NCBI GenBank assembly: GCA_045599455.1
Contig: JAZRVX010000131.1
Coordinates: 12,186 to 76,185 of the forward strand
DNA from: Faecousia sp.
GTDB lineage: Bacteria; Bacillota; Clostridia; Oscillospirales; Oscillospiraceae
Length of the DNA: 64,000 nucleotides
Direction: 5' to 3'
This document shows, piece by piece, positions 1-9,615 of this stretch. The position numbers were made by a program, and so were the translations under genes. The notes beneath the pieces were generated by a model. The model was not told where the DNA came from, ran no database searches, and saw only the letters and a list, made by a program, of their open reading frames with translations. Every line of letters begins with the position of its first letter. Within the stretch, counting starts at the first letter, position 1.

Positions 1-1537
1 TAAAATCGATTGCCCAGTAGCTGGAAAATACCAGAAGATTTCTGCCCCGATAGTCTTCCAGTAGTTCTGCATCAGAGCCGAGATTCAAATCCGAGAGATC
101 TCCGGGATAGCTGTCAATCAGGCGAATTTCCTCATAGGGCAGATTCTCCATTCTCAGGTCAACACCGTATTCATTCTTCATGCGGTACTGGAACACATCA
201 AACTGCAAAGTGCCGACAACACCGACAATTACTTCTTCCATACCGGAGTTGGGAACCTTAAAAATCTGAATTGCGCCTTCTTGCGCAATCTGCTCAGTTC
301 CTTTTACAAATTGTTTGCGCTTCATAGAATCCTTGGCACTGACACGACAAAAATGTTCAGGTGCAAAGGTAGGAATGCCAGAGTATAAAAACTTTTTCCC
401 AGGGACGGTAATGGTATCACCGATTGCAAAAATGCCCGGATCAAACACACCGATGACATCACCTGCATATGCTTCTTCTACAATTTCGCGCTCCGCAGCC
501 ATCAACTGCTGTGGCTGAGAAAGACGCATTTTCTTACCGCCCTGAACATGATAATACTCTGTATCTCGCTGGAATTTTCCGGAACAAATACGCATGAACG
601 CAAGTCTGTCACGATGCGCTTTATTCATATTCGCTTGAATTTTGAATACAAAGGCAGAAAAATCGGGACTGAATGTGTCAATTTCGCCACAGTCTGCAGT
701 TCGTGCCAGCGGAGGAGGGGTCAGTTTCAGGAAGCTCTCGAGGAAAGGCTCAATACCGAAGTTTGTCAGTGCGGAGCCAAAAAACACAGGGCTCAGACGC
801 CCCTTCTTCACTTCCTCAATCTCCAGTTCTCTGCCGGCAGAAAGGAGTTCCACATCATCGATGAGCTGCTGATGCTTCGCTTCACTGCCAAGGATATCAG
901 CAACCTGAGAATCATATAAGTCGATTTCCTGCTTATCAGCACGATTCTTTCCGGAAACACCGGAGAAGAATAAAAGCTGGCTCTTCTCGCGGTCATAAAC
1001 GCCCTGAAAATCCTTTCCGGAACCAATAGGCCAGTTCACAGCATAGGTTTCAATGCCCAATTCCCGTTCCAGTTCCTCCAGAAGGTCGAACGGATCTTTC
1101 GCCTCTCTGTCCATTTTATTCACAAAAGTGAAAATGGGAATGTGCCGCATGGCACAAACTTTGAAAAGCTTTCTGGTCTGCGGCTCAACGCCCTTTGCAC
1201 CGTCAATCACCATGACCGCAGAGTCCGCAGCCATCAAAGTCCGATAGGTATCCTCTGAGAAATCCTGATGACCGGGAGTGTCCAGAATATTAATACAGAA
1301 TCCCTCATACTGAAACTGCATAACGGAAGAAGTAACGGAAATGCCACGCTGTTTCTCAATCTCCATCCAGTCAGATGTTGCTGCTCTGGAATTCTTCTTT
1401 CCCTTAACGACACCTGCCTGCGCAATAGCGCCACCGTAAAGCAGGAATTTCTCAGTTAATGTTGTTTTACCGGCATCAGGATGTGAAATAATGGCAAATG
1501 TCCTGCGTCGGCTGATTTCTTCAGTAAGTGTAGACAT
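1..1537 (-). CDS. prfC: peptide chain release factor 3 (RF3); 3' end runs off the window
   Basis: Absent from the ORF track because it has no stop in the window. My reverse-strand translation from ATG 1537 gives MSTLTEEISRRRTFAIISHPDAGKTTLTEKFLLYGGAIAQAG...LDTPGHQDF...FVNKMD, which carries GTPase G1/G3/G4 motifs and an RF3-type N-terminus. The frame stays open to position 2. GGAGG RBS at 1544-1548. Confidence 0.9.
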   Translation of the reverse strand, partial: MSTLTEEISRRRTFAIISHPDAGKTTLTEKFLLYGGAIAQAGVVKGKKNSRAATSDWMEIEKQRGISVTSSVMQFQYEGFCINILDTPGHQDFSEDTYRTLMAADSAVMVIDGAKGVEPQTRKLFKVCAMRHIPIFTFVNKMDREAKDPFDLLEELERELGIETYAVNWPIGSGKDFQGVYDREKSQLLFFSGVSGKNRADKQEIDLYDSQVADILGSEAKHQQLIDDVELLSAGRELEIEEVKKGRLSPVFFGSALTNFGIEPFLESFLKLTPPPLARTADCGEIDTFSPDFSAFVFKIQANMNKAHRDRLAFMRICSGKFQRDTEYYHVQGGKKMRLSQPQQLMAAEREIVEEAYAGDVIGVFDPGIFAIGDTITVPGKKFLYSGIPTFAPEHFCRVSAKDSMKRKQFVKGTEQIAQEGAIQIFKVPNSGMEEVIVGVVGTLQFDVFQYRMKNEYGVDLRMENLPYEEIRLIDSYPGDLSDLNLGSDAELLEDYRGRNLLVFSSYWAIDF

Positions 1538-1726
1538 GAATAACCTCCAAATATAGATAAAATAGTATATCGGAGATAATCTATGGAATCAGATATCGAA
1601 AGTCCATGACCAGACTCCTTCAATGATTTTTTATTATTCTATCACACGAAAGCATAAGATACAAGATTTTTGTATTTCGTTTTATTTTCTATCGTACACA
1701 TTCACACAAAAATAACAAAAATCGTA

Positions 1727-1755
1727 TTGCCAATATAATTACATAATGTTATAAT
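1727..1755 (+). promoter_or_regulatory. sigma-A type promoter for the cell-wall-binding protein gene
   Basis: TTGCCA (1727-1732), 17-nt spacer, TATAAT (1750-1755) preceded by TGT (extended -10). Confidence 0.5.
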
Positions 1756-1800
1756 AGCAAGAAATATGTAATGTTTTATGTATTGTTTGGAGGTTTTTCT

Positions 1801-3345
1801 TTGAAAACTTTTTTTAAGATTATTATAACAGTTGTTTTAGCAGCGCTGCTGGTCGGCTCACTATATTGGAATAAGCTCAAGCAGAGACTGCCGGTAGATC
1901 AATCCGGATGGAGCACCTACAGCGGCGAAGCATACCGCTTGGACGAAGACGGTCATGCGCTGACCGGATGGTATGAAGAAGGCAATATGCTCTACTATCT
2001 TGATCCCGCCCGCGGTGGCGCTCGTTCTCATGGTCTGACCATGATTGACGGCGAATGCTATTACTTCAACGAGGATGGCGTTAAACTCTCAGGCTGGCAG
2101 ACTGACCGCGGCCGGAACTACTATTTTACCGAAAACGGTACAGCACTTTCCGGCTGGCAGACCATAAACGGTAAAACATATTACTTTGGAGATAACTATG
2201 CTGCTCTGGAGGGGCACGAGGCTGTAGAGGGAACCTATTATTTCTTTGATAACGATGGTGCTATGCTCACCGGATGGCAGGAAACACCGGACGGTATCTA
2301 TTATCTGAATGAAGATGGCAGCGCATGGATTGGCTGGATGGAAGACTTCAATGACTATCGCTACTTTGACGAAACAGGGTTGATGGCTACCGGATGGTTG
2401 GATATCGACGATTCTTCTTTCTATATGGACGAGGATGGACGCCTGATGACCGGTTGGATTGAACTGGAAGAGCGTTTAGATGAAGATGAAATAGAGCGTC
2501 TCCAGAAAAAAGCAGATTCAGAAGGTAAAAAACTGATTATCGAACCAAGAGACATTTTATATTACTTCCGTGAAGACGGAATCATGGCAACAGGTTGGAT
2601 TACAATAAATGAAAATGATTATTACTTTCAGCCCGCCGGTCAGAAGCTTTCCAACGGTCGAATTCTGAGCGCCGGGCAGGCTGCCCGTGGTCGAGTTCAG
2701 ACAATCGACCAAGGTATCTGTTATTTTTCTTCCTACGGACAATTGATTCCATTATTAAACAAATGGAATACATATAAATCTCTGTATGCGCCCAACCTCT
2801 ATGACAAGGGGTATAAGGGAATCGAGATGACCAAGGAATGTGCTGAAGCACTGGAAAAACTCATGATGGCAGCGGGTAAGGAAGGAAAAACTCCTGTTAT
2901 CAGAAATGCTTACATGAGTGAAAAAACATCTAATTTAATATACACAAATGCAATGAAAACCTCTATTGGTGATGAAAAGGAAGTGCTGAAGACCGCCTCT
3001 CCCTCTTCTTATGATGAGCACAGACTCGGAACCACAGTAGATTTTGTGCCGAATATGTACGCTGCACTTGATGCCGATAAGCTGGCTCAAAATGATGTCA
3101 TAAAATGGCTAATGGATAACGCCTGGAAATACGGTTTTATCCTCCGTTATCCGAAAGGATATGAGGCAATGACCGGTGTTCCCTTCCGGCCTTGGCAATA
3201 CCGATATGTTGGTGTCGATGTTGCAACAGAGATTCACAACAGCAATACCTGTCTGGAAGGTTATATTGATAGTCTAACCGCATTGGATACCAAGCCCGAT
3301 GAACTATTGAAACGCTGCGGCGGCAAAAACACTGTCATGAAATAA
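1801..3345 (+). CDS. membrane-anchored cell-wall-binding repeat protein with C-terminal VanY/M15B-like domain
   Basis: ORF track gives 1771..3345. I prefer TTG 1801 because GGAGG (1789-1793) lies 7 nt upstream, while ATG 1771 has no RBS. TM anchor KIIITVVLAALLVGSLYW. About 11 GW..YYF 20-aa repeats. C-terminal DEHRLGTTVD, YGFILRYPKG and PWQYRYVG resemble D-Ala-D-Ala carboxypeptidase VanY. Confidence 0.8.
   Translation: MKTFFKIIITVVLAALLVGSLYWNKLKQRLPVDQSGWSTYSGEAYRLDEDGHALTGWYEEGNMLYYLDPARGGARSHGLTMIDGECYYFNEDGVKLSGWQTDRGRNYYFTENGTALSGWQTINGKTYYFGDNYAALEGHEAVEGTYYFFDNDGAMLTGWQETPDGIYYLNEDGSAWIGWMEDFNDYRYFDETGLMATGWLDIDDSSFYMDEDGRLMTGWIELEERLDEDEIERLQKKADSEGKKLIIEPRDILYYFREDGIMATGWITINENDYYFQPAGQKLSNGRILSAGQAARGRVQTIDQGICYFSSYGQLIPLLNKWNTYKSLYAPNLYDKGYKGIEMTKECAEALEKLMMAAGKEGKTPVIRNAYMSEKTSNLIYTNAMKTSIGDEKEVLKTASPSSYDEHRLGTTVDFVPNMYAALDADKLAQNDVIKWLMDNAWKYGFILRYPKGYEAMTGVPFRPWQYRYVGVDVATEIHNSNTCLEGYIDSLTALDTKPDELLKRCGGKNTVMK
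1903..2641 (+). repeat. tandem ~60-nt (20-aa) choline/cell-wall-binding type repeats inside the CDS
   Basis: Eleven units of pattern GW.....YYF.E.G.M.T, e.g. GWQTDRGRNYYFTENGTALS and GWQTINGKTYYFGDNYAALE. The tenth unit is interrupted by a charged insert, ELEERLDEDEIERLQKKADSEGKKLIIEPRD. Confidence 0.75.
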
Positions 3346-3346
3346 T

Positions 3347-3383
3347 AAAAAACCTTGCAAGAGAATTCTTGCAAGGTTTTTTA
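3347..3383 (+). terminator. rho-independent terminator
   Basis: 11-bp stem aaccttgcaag/cttgcaaggtt (3351-3361 / 3368-3378) followed by a T-run, immediately after stop 3343-3345. Confidence 0.7.
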
Positions 3384-3390
3384 TTAGCTA

Positions 3391-3419
3391 AACGAAAGCC
3401 CCCACCAAACGGTGGGGGC
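3391..3419 (-). terminator. rho-independent terminator of fba
   Basis: 9-bp GC-rich stem gcccccacc/ggtgggggc (3398-3406 / 3411-3419). On the minus strand it is followed by TTTCGTT and lies 15 nt after the fba stop. Confidence 0.65.
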
Positions 3420-3433
3420 AAATTGCAAAGGAA

Positions 3434-4402
3434 TTAGGCCTTGCCGTCGGAGCCAAGAACATGGACAATCTTATGAGCGACCATATCCTTAACAGCCTGA
3501 CGTGCGGGCTTCAGGTACTGGCGAGGATCGAAGTGATCGGGATGCTCGGCAAAATACTTACGGATATTGCCGGTCATTGCCAGACGGATGTCGGAGTCAA
3601 TGTTAATCTTGCAGACAGCCAGCTTAGCAGCCTCACGCAGCTGCTCCTCGGGGATGCCGATTGCATCGGGCATGTTGCCGCCGTAGGTATTGACCATCTT
3701 CACAAACTCCTGAGGAACGGAGGAAGAACCGTGCAGAACGATGGGGAAACCAGGCAGACGCTCGATAACACCATGCAGAACATCAAAGCGCAGAGGAGGG
3801 GGAACCAGAACACCGTCAGCATTGCGGGTGCACTGCTTGGGGGTGAACTTATATGCGCCATGGCTGGTGCCGATAGCAATTGCCAGAGAATCACAGCCGG
3901 TACGGGAAACAAACTCCTCGACTTCCTCGGGACGAGTGTAGGACTCATGGCCTGCCTCAACGCAAACCTCGTCCTCAACACCAGCCAGAGTACCCAGCTC
4001 AGCCTCAACGACAACACCGTGGTCGTGTGCATACTCAACAACCTGCTTGGTCAGAGCAATGTTCTCCTCGAAAGACTTGGAGGATGCATCAATCATAACG
4101 GAGGTGAAGCCGCCATCAATGCAGCTCTTGCACAGCTCGAAGGAATCACCATGATCCAGATGCAGCGCGATGGGAATATCGGGATTCTCCTCAACTGCAG
4201 CCTTAACCATTGCAACCAGGTACTTGTGGTTTGCATAAGCGCGAGCGCCCTTAGAAACCTGGAGGATGACGGGGGACTTCAGTTCGCCGGCAGCCTCGGT
4301 AATACCCTGAACAATTTCCATGTTGTTCACATTGAAAGCGCCAACAGCGTAGCCGCCATCATATGCCTTCTTGAACATCTCGGTAGTAGTAACCAATGCC
4401 AT
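3434..4402 (-). CDS. fba: class II fructose-1,6-bisphosphate aldolase
   Basis: MALVTTTEMFKKAYDGGYAVGAFNVNNMEIVQGI...HLDHGDSFE...GTSHGAYKF are typical class II FBA motifs. ATG 4402 has AAAGGA about 9 nt upstream. The ORF-track start at 4411 lacks RBS spacing. Confidence 0.93.
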   Translation of the reverse strand: MALVTTTEMFKKAYDGGYAVGAFNVNNMEIVQGITEAAGELKSPVILQVSKGARAYANHKYLVAMVKAAVEENPDIPIALHLDHGDSFELCKSCIDGGFTSVMIDASSKSFEENIALTKQVVEYAHDHGVVVEAELGTLAGVEDEVCVEAGHESYTRPEEVEEFVSRTGCDSLAIAIGTSHGAYKFTPKQCTRNADGVLVPPPLRFDVLHGVIERLPGFPIVLHGSSSVPQEFVKMVNTYGGNMPDAIGIPEEQLREAAKLAVCKINIDSDIRLAMTGNIRKYFAEHPDHFDPRQYLKPARQAVKDMVAHKIVHVLGSDGKA

Positions 4403-4455
4403 AAGAATCATTCCTTTCTTAATTCAAGCGGAAAAATCCGCATGTTTTCCAAAGT

Positions 4456-4483
4456 ATTATAACACATTTTTCCTTTATTTCAA
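4456..4483 (-). promoter_or_regulatory. sigma-A type promoter for fba
   Basis: On the minus strand: TTGAAA (4483-4478), 16-nt spacer, TGT-TATAAT (4461-4456). Confidence 0.5.
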
Positions 4484-4679
4484 TACAAAAATATCGTCTC
4501 GATTATTCTTGTTTATAAATACAGATTTGCCATCTCAAATCGACCGTATCTTTACATAATTCATAAAAGCAACTTTTAATATTTGATTTTCGTCTATTTA
4601 TAGGAAAAATAGAACTAAGCACCCTTTGCAAAATCATAATATAAATAACAGTGAGATACTAAAACGGTTGGAAAAACAG

Positions 4680-4708
4680 TTTACTTTTGAAGGATAATAT
4701 CGTATAAT
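4680..4708 (+). promoter_or_regulatory. possible promoter for pfp
   Basis: TTTACT (4680-4685), 17-nt spacer, TATAAT (4703-4708). AGGAG RBS at 4740-4744 before ATG 4755. The -35 element is weak. Confidence 0.3.
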
Positions 4709-4754
4709 ACTGAAAGCTATATAAGCAAATACAAATGCAAGGAGTTATATTACT

Positions 4755-6413
4755 ATGAATTTGTCTCCGCTTCAGATTGCCAGATATCAGTATACCCCCA
4801 AGCTGCCCGGAATGCTCAGAAACGGCATTTCCGAGATTTGCGTGAAGGACGGCGCACCTACTCAGAGCGTTGCCGACCAGGAAAAGATTAAAGCGCTCTT
4901 TCCCAACACCTATGGCAAGAACGAAATCACTTTCCAGAAAGGTCAGAACACCGCTCCTGCAAAGAAGCAGGTCGTTGGTGTGATCCTCTCCGGTGGTCAG
5001 GCTCCCGGCGGCCATAATGTTGTATGTGGTCTGTACGATGCACTGAAGGCTACCAATCCCGAAAATGAGCTTTATGGCTTCAAGGGTGGCCCCAGTGGTC
5101 TGCTGGAAGATGACTACCGTATCATGGACGATGAGTATATCGCCATGTTCCGCAACACCGGTGGTTTCGACATCATCGGTTCCGGTCGTACTAAGCTGGA
5201 GACCGAGGAACAGTTTGCTGTTGCCGCCGAGGTTTGCAAGAAGCACGGCATTACTGCCATCGTTATCATCGGTGGTGATGACTCCAACACCAATGCTGCT
5301 GTTCTTGCCGAGTACTTCGCCGCACACAACACCGGTGTTCAGGTCATTGGTTGCCCCAAGACCATCGACGGCGACCTTAAGAATGAAGATATTGAATGCT
5401 CCTTCGGCTTCGACACCGCTACCAAAACCTACAGCGAGCTCATCGGAAACATTGAGCGTGATGCCAACTCCGCCAAGAAGTACTGGCACTTTGTGAAGGT
5501 CATGGGTCGTTCTGCTTCCCATGTCGCTCTGGAGTGTGCTCTGGAGACTCAGCCCAATATCTGCCTGATTGGCGAGGAAGTTGCAGCAAAGAAGATGTCC
5601 CTGTCCGCTGTTGCTGATGTTATTGCTGATTCTGTTGCAGCTCGCGCCGCTAAAGGCATGAACTTCGGTGTCGCCATCATTCCCGAGGGCATTGTGGAAT
5701 TCGTACCCGAGTTCTCCATGCTGATTGCAGAAATCAACGAACTGCTTGCCGGCGAGAAAACCGCTGCTTTCAACGCTCTGGCAAGCTGGGATGAGAAATA
5801 TGCATTCATTCAGAATGGTCTTTCCGAGAAAGCTATGGCTGTCTTCGCAATTCTGCCTCAGGGCATTCAGCAGCAGCTGTTCCTGGAACGTGACCCCCAT
5901 GGTAATGTTCAGGTTTCTCTGATTGAGTCTGAGAAGCTGTTCTCTGCTCTGGTCGCCGACAAACTGGCTGCACGCAAGGCCGCGGGTACCTATAAAGGCA
6001 AGTTTAATGCACAGCATCATTTCTTTGGTTATGAAGGCCGCTGCGTATTCCCCTCCAACTTTGATGCCGACTACTGCTACTCCTTGGGTTACAACGCTTT
6101 CATGTTGATTCAGTACGGCTACACCGGCTACCTTTCCAAGGTTTCCAATCTCTCCAAGCCCGCCGAAGAGTGGGTTGCAGGCGGTATGCCCATCACCAAG
6201 ATGATGAACATGGAGCGCAGAAACGGTCAGGACAAGCCCGTTATCCGTAAGGCTCTCGTTGAGCTGGACGGCAAGCCCTTTGCCTATTTTGCTGAGCATC
6301 GTCAGGAGTGGGCTGAAAATACCTGCTTCACTTTCCCCGGAGCTATTCAGTATTATGGTCCTTCCGAAGTATGCGACCTGACTACCCGTACACTGGCTCT
6401 TGAGAAGGCTTGA
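4755..6413 (+). CDS. pfp: diphosphate--fructose-6-phosphate 1-phosphotransferase (PPi-dependent PFK, long form)
   Basis: 552 aa. GGDDSNTNA (Asp rather than the Gly of ATP-PFK GGDGS) and CPKTIDGDL (Lys rather than Gly) are the PPi-specificity signature. Confidence 0.9.
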   Translation: MNLSPLQIARYQYTPKLPGMLRNGISEICVKDGAPTQSVADQEKIKALFPNTYGKNEITFQKGQNTAPAKKQVVGVILSGGQAPGGHNVVCGLYDALKATNPENELYGFKGGPSGLLEDDYRIMDDEYIAMFRNTGGFDIIGSGRTKLETEEQFAVAAEVCKKHGITAIVIIGGDDSNTNAAVLAEYFAAHNTGVQVIGCPKTIDGDLKNEDIECSFGFDTATKTYSELIGNIERDANSAKKYWHFVKVMGRSASHVALECALETQPNICLIGEEVAAKKMSLSAVADVIADSVAARAAKGMNFGVAIIPEGIVEFVPEFSMLIAEINELLAGEKTAAFNALASWDEKYAFIQNGLSEKAMAVFAILPQGIQQQLFLERDPHGNVQVSLIESEKLFSALVADKLAARKAAGTYKGKFNAQHHFFGYEGRCVFPSNFDADYCYSLGYNAFMLIQYGYTGYLSKVSNLSKPAEEWVAGGMPITKMMNMERRNGQDKPVIRKALVELDGKPFAYFAEHRQEWAENTCFTFPGAIQYYGPSEVCDLTTRTLALEKA

Positions 6414-6425
6414 TTCCTCTATTAA

Positions 6426-6459
6426 CAAAAACCTCGGAGTTAACTCCGAGGTTTTTTGT
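6426..6459. terminator. bidirectional terminator shared by pfp and the convergent ATPase gene
   Basis: Stem acctcggag/ctccgaggt (6431-6439 / 6444-6452) flanked by an A-run and a T-run. The stop codon of the minus-strand ORF (6440-6442) sits in the loop. Confidence 0.7.
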
Positions 6460-8557
6460 TAAGCAGAAGCTTTTCTCTTGTCTGACAGGTAAACAGAATC
6501 ATTTGTTTAGATGTACTGATTTCCGCAAGCAAAGAGAGTGTATTTGCAAGTCGTTCGTCGTCGAAGCGGACAAAGGCATCATCAAAAATCATAGGCGCAT
6601 CCGGCGCGAGAATCTTTGCAACTGCCAGACGAACTGCAACATAGATTTGGTCAATAGTACCTTCGCTTCGATAGTTCAATTCGCGAATGACTGTTTCATC
6701 CGAATTCCCGGCAGTAATGGAAAAATCCTGATTTAGCAGAATTTTGTTGTAGCGAAGTTCTGTCATAGTTTGCAGATAATCCTGAGCTTGACGCGTGATT
6801 GCAGGGGTAAATCGACGATGCAGATCCTCAACGGCTTCCCGATGAATTTGAAGACCAAATAAAACCGCTTTTTCAAGGTTCCGGAGTCTCTCAATTTTCT
6901 CACCCAAACTCTGCTTTTGTTCTATTAGTGTTTGTTTCGCGTCCAATAAATTCTTTCGATACTGTAAAAGCTGCAGTTCTCCTTTGATTCTTTCAATCTC
7001 TGAAGATTCATGGCGGATTCTCTTTTCCGTTTCATCCAATCCATAAATCAGTTCATCGTCCTCCGAGGTTAAAACCGGTTCCGCAGCCATTTTTGAAATT
7101 ATATCATAGTTTTCACGAGCTTTTTTCAAATCATGCTTTGCATCCTCAAACTGTTCAAATGAAGAAACTACTTGAAAATAATACTCCACTTCCCTGCCCT
7201 GTAAGAGGCTGCTTCTACGCTGCTCCAGTTCCGCAATGTTTCGTCTGACCTCATCCATGGCTCTATGGTGAGATTTTAGTCCGAGATTATATTCGTTCCA
7301 TAGTGCGTCCAGTTTTAACGCAGCGAGCTCCCACTTTCGTGTATTTTCAGACCCGTAGCGTGTCTGCAGTGTGTCTCTCTTCTTGCGAGAGGAAACAAGT
7401 ATCGAAAGACTTAGTACAGTACCGACAATAAAAATCAACAATGAGCACAATGAAAGCACCGTATTTCCCGTATTAAGATACACCGAAACACCTGCTGCCA
7501 AGTTCAAAGCAGCTAACGAAAGAACCGCAAGCCATGTCGGGCGTTTTGTTTTTCTATAGCTCTCTATATCTTTTTCGACCTGCTGTCTTGCTTCACCGGG
7601 AGTTAAACCCGCGTATGCAGAACTAATTTCAAACTCAGGAACGGGCGTATTCATAAAAACATTTAGCTCTGATAACCGGCTACTCACTTCACGAATGTCA
7701 CGCAGAGTAGTGCGTGCAAAATCAGCATCGGGAAAACCTATGCACTTTTCTTCCAGTGCATACACTCTTGCCTGCTCATCACACACAGCATCCATTGCCC
7801 GCTGTACTTCTTCAGCATCCTTCGTGGCTTTCAGATTTGCCAGATGAATTTTATGATTATGTAGTTCTCTGTATGATGTTTCTGCTGCGCACAATTGATT
7901 GGAAAGATTACGCTCTGAACATTCCAGTTCCTCCATTTCCCGAATCTGCTCAGTTACAGCACGATAATCGTTCTGTGCCTGTTGAATCAAACCGTTGCTG
8001 CGATTGGACAATCGGTTCCTGAGAGCTTTCAGCCCCGCTTCCAGGGCAGCGGCATCTCCGGATTCCTCACCGGTCGTAACCAAATCGTTTAATCGTCTGC
8101 GAAGGGCATCATCCTCGGTAATGGGCATTTCAGACATACGAACAAATCCGGAGCGGCGGAAAACACTCTGCTCCACACCCAGGAGCATTTGTCCGCAGTT
8201 ATCCCCCCTCAACTCAGGGATATCAATTCCCGTATCTGTCTCATAGGCACGAAACGAGCCAAGAGGAATTCTTCCTTTTGAACTTCTCTCAATCGTAATG
8301 TTTTTTCCACAGAATTCCAGATCAATCCTGCCCTCCATCGGCTTACCGTTCCAAGGCAGGTATCGCTCTTTATCCGCAAGAATTTGTTTTGTTGAGCGTG
8401 CTTTGGTATCAAGCCCATAAAACATCGCAAGAATAAAGGCAGACCATGTGCTCTTTCCCCATTCATTGGGTGCCTCAACAATATTCAACCCCGTTTGAAA
8501 TTGAAGACGAGCGTCATCCAGCTTTCCAAAAGTAGCTTGCATGGAACGAATAATCAC
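6440..8557 (-). CDS. SbcC/YhaN-like AAA ATPase with coiled coil and central TM hairpin
   Basis: N-terminal Walker A NIVEAPNEWGKST, a long heptad-rich middle, and C-terminal Walker B PMIFDDAFVRFDD. Two hydrophobic segments: LAVLSLAALNLAAGVSVYL and VLSLCSLLIFIVGTVLSLSILV. GTG 8557 overlaps the upstream stop (GTGA). Confidence 0.75.
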   Translation of the reverse strand: MIIRSMQATFGKLDDARLQFQTGLNIVEAPNEWGKSTWSAFILAMFYGLDTKARSTKQILADKERYLPWNGKPMEGRIDLEFCGKNITIERSSKGRIPLGSFRAYETDTGIDIPELRGDNCGQMLLGVEQSVFRRSGFVRMSEMPITEDDALRRRLNDLVTTGEESGDAAALEAGLKALRNRLSNRSNGLIQQAQNDYRAVTEQIREMEELECSERNLSNQLCAAETSYRELHNHKIHLANLKATKDAEEVQRAMDAVCDEQARVYALEEKCIGFPDADFARTTLRDIREVSSRLSELNVFMNTPVPEFEISSAYAGLTPGEARQQVEKDIESYRKTKRPTWLAVLSLAALNLAAGVSVYLNTGNTVLSLCSLLIFIVGTVLSLSILVSSRKKRDTLQTRYGSENTRKWELAALKLDALWNEYNLGLKSHHRAMDEVRRNIAELEQRRSSLLQGREVEYYFQVVSSFEQFEDAKHDLKKARENYDIISKMAAEPVLTSEDDELIYGLDETEKRIRHESSEIERIKGELQLLQYRKNLLDAKQTLIEQKQSLGEKIERLRNLEKAVLFGLQIHREAVEDLHRRFTPAITRQAQDYLQTMTELRYNKILLNQDFSITAGNSDETVIRELNYRSEGTIDQIYVAVRLAVAKILAPDAPMIFDDAFVRFDDERLANTLSLLAEISTSKQMILFTCQTREKLLLNKKPRS

Positions 8558-9615
8558 GGAATGTCCACCTCTATTCCGCTCAAAATATCAGAAGCGATTT
8601 CAGCCGTCAAATTAACAATTTCTGCTTCATTGTCAGATGCTTCGTTTAAACAATCACGCAGCAAACGAAAAAAGTTTCCTCTAAAGCTATCTTCATCCAG
8701 CATGTCCTGTGGATTAATTACTTCAATTGTTTTGTCAATCAAACAAACATTTGGATATAACGAGACTGCTTCCATTAGCTGCGTAATTTTCTGACTTTTC
8801 TTTCCCGATATTGTCAGGCGATAATAATCATGTTGATGAATAGATGAGATAAAACCTTGAATTTCAACATCACTTTTTAATGATACATCGTGAAATTGAG
8901 GCAAATTCAACGGATAAAATTTTACCGCAGCATCGGAGTCCAATGAAGCTATGAGAACGCCTTTCCTTCCGGTTTCGTCCCATCCTCTTCCCATAGGACA
9001 GCCGGGCCAAGCGCAAAGGGTATTTCCGCTCACAAACGAGCCTTGCGAATGGACATGTCCCAAAGCGATATAATCAAATCCGCTACACTGCACCTGCTGA
9101 CTTGTCACAGCGTTGTAGGTTGACTTTGTGTGAATCGGATCACCATGCATAACCAGAATCTCATGTTCCGCTTTTCCGAGCGCATGAAAATTTTTTAATA
9201 AAGACGGGCTATCCATGCTTTCAAAACCTGCACCGTAAACAATACAGTTAAGCGCCGGGACGGAAACAGCCTCCAATCCGACTCTAAAAATATAGACATT
9301 ATCCGGCCATTCTTCTCTTACCCATGGACTTTCCGATGAATTATAATCATGGTTGCCCGGTGAAATAAATACAGGAACATTGCAGGCCTCAAAAGCTCTG
9401 CGTAAAGCGGCAAGGGACTCCCTTGTGCAGTTCTGTCCATCAAATAAATCACCGGCAATCAGCCACATATTGCAGTTTTCACGCTTGCTGATTTCCAGAA
9501 GCTTATCCGGTATCGTGCGCTGAATTTTTATCAGCTTATTTTGATCATCCGGCGAAAAAGGCGAAAACGACGAATCCAAATGCAAGTCCGCCGTATGAAG
9601 AATTTTTAAATCCAT
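8554..9615 (-). CDS. SbcD/YhaO-like metallophosphoesterase (DNA repair exonuclease family)
   Basis: MDLKILHTADLHLD, IAGDLFD, GNHDY and GHVH are calcineurin-like phosphoesterase motifs in Mre11/SbcD order. Translationally coupled to the ATPase gene. Confidence 0.8.
   Translation of the reverse strand: MDLKILHTADLHLDSSFSPFSPDDQNKLIKIQRTIPDKLLEISKRENCNMWLIAGDLFDGQNCTRESLAALRRAFEACNVPVFISPGNHDYNSSESPWVREEWPDNVYIFRVGLEAVSVPALNCIVYGAGFESMDSPSLLKNFHALGKAEHEILVMHGDPIHTKSTYNAVTSQQVQCSGFDYIALGHVHSQGSFVSGNTLCAWPGCPMGRGWDETGRKGVLIASLDSDAAVKFYPLNLPQFHDVSLKSDVEIQGFISSIHQHDYYRLTISGKKSQKITQLMEAVSLYPNVCLIDKTIEVINPQDMLDEDSFRGNFFRLLRDCLNEASDNEAEIVNLTAEIASDILSGIEVDIP

Noticed and set aside
4412-4754. Catabolite-responsive element (cre) in the fba/pfp divergent region, e.g. 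tgaaagctatataa near 4711-4724.
   Set aside because: It lacks the central CG and the dyad symmetry of the cre consensus.
4659-6428. 589-aa ORF antisense to pfp. Similar long antisense ORFs occur at 3461-4462 (fba), 12135-12947 (obg), 27778-28641 and 28681-29769 (leuS), 31838-32656, 32650-33402, 48797-49579 and 59090-60529 (topA).
   Set aside because: Each lies fully inside a gene with unmistakable conserved motifs on the other strand. Their translations are low-complexity (Gly/Leu/Val/Ala-rich) with no recognisable domains or RBS. Such shadow ORFs are expected from codon bias.
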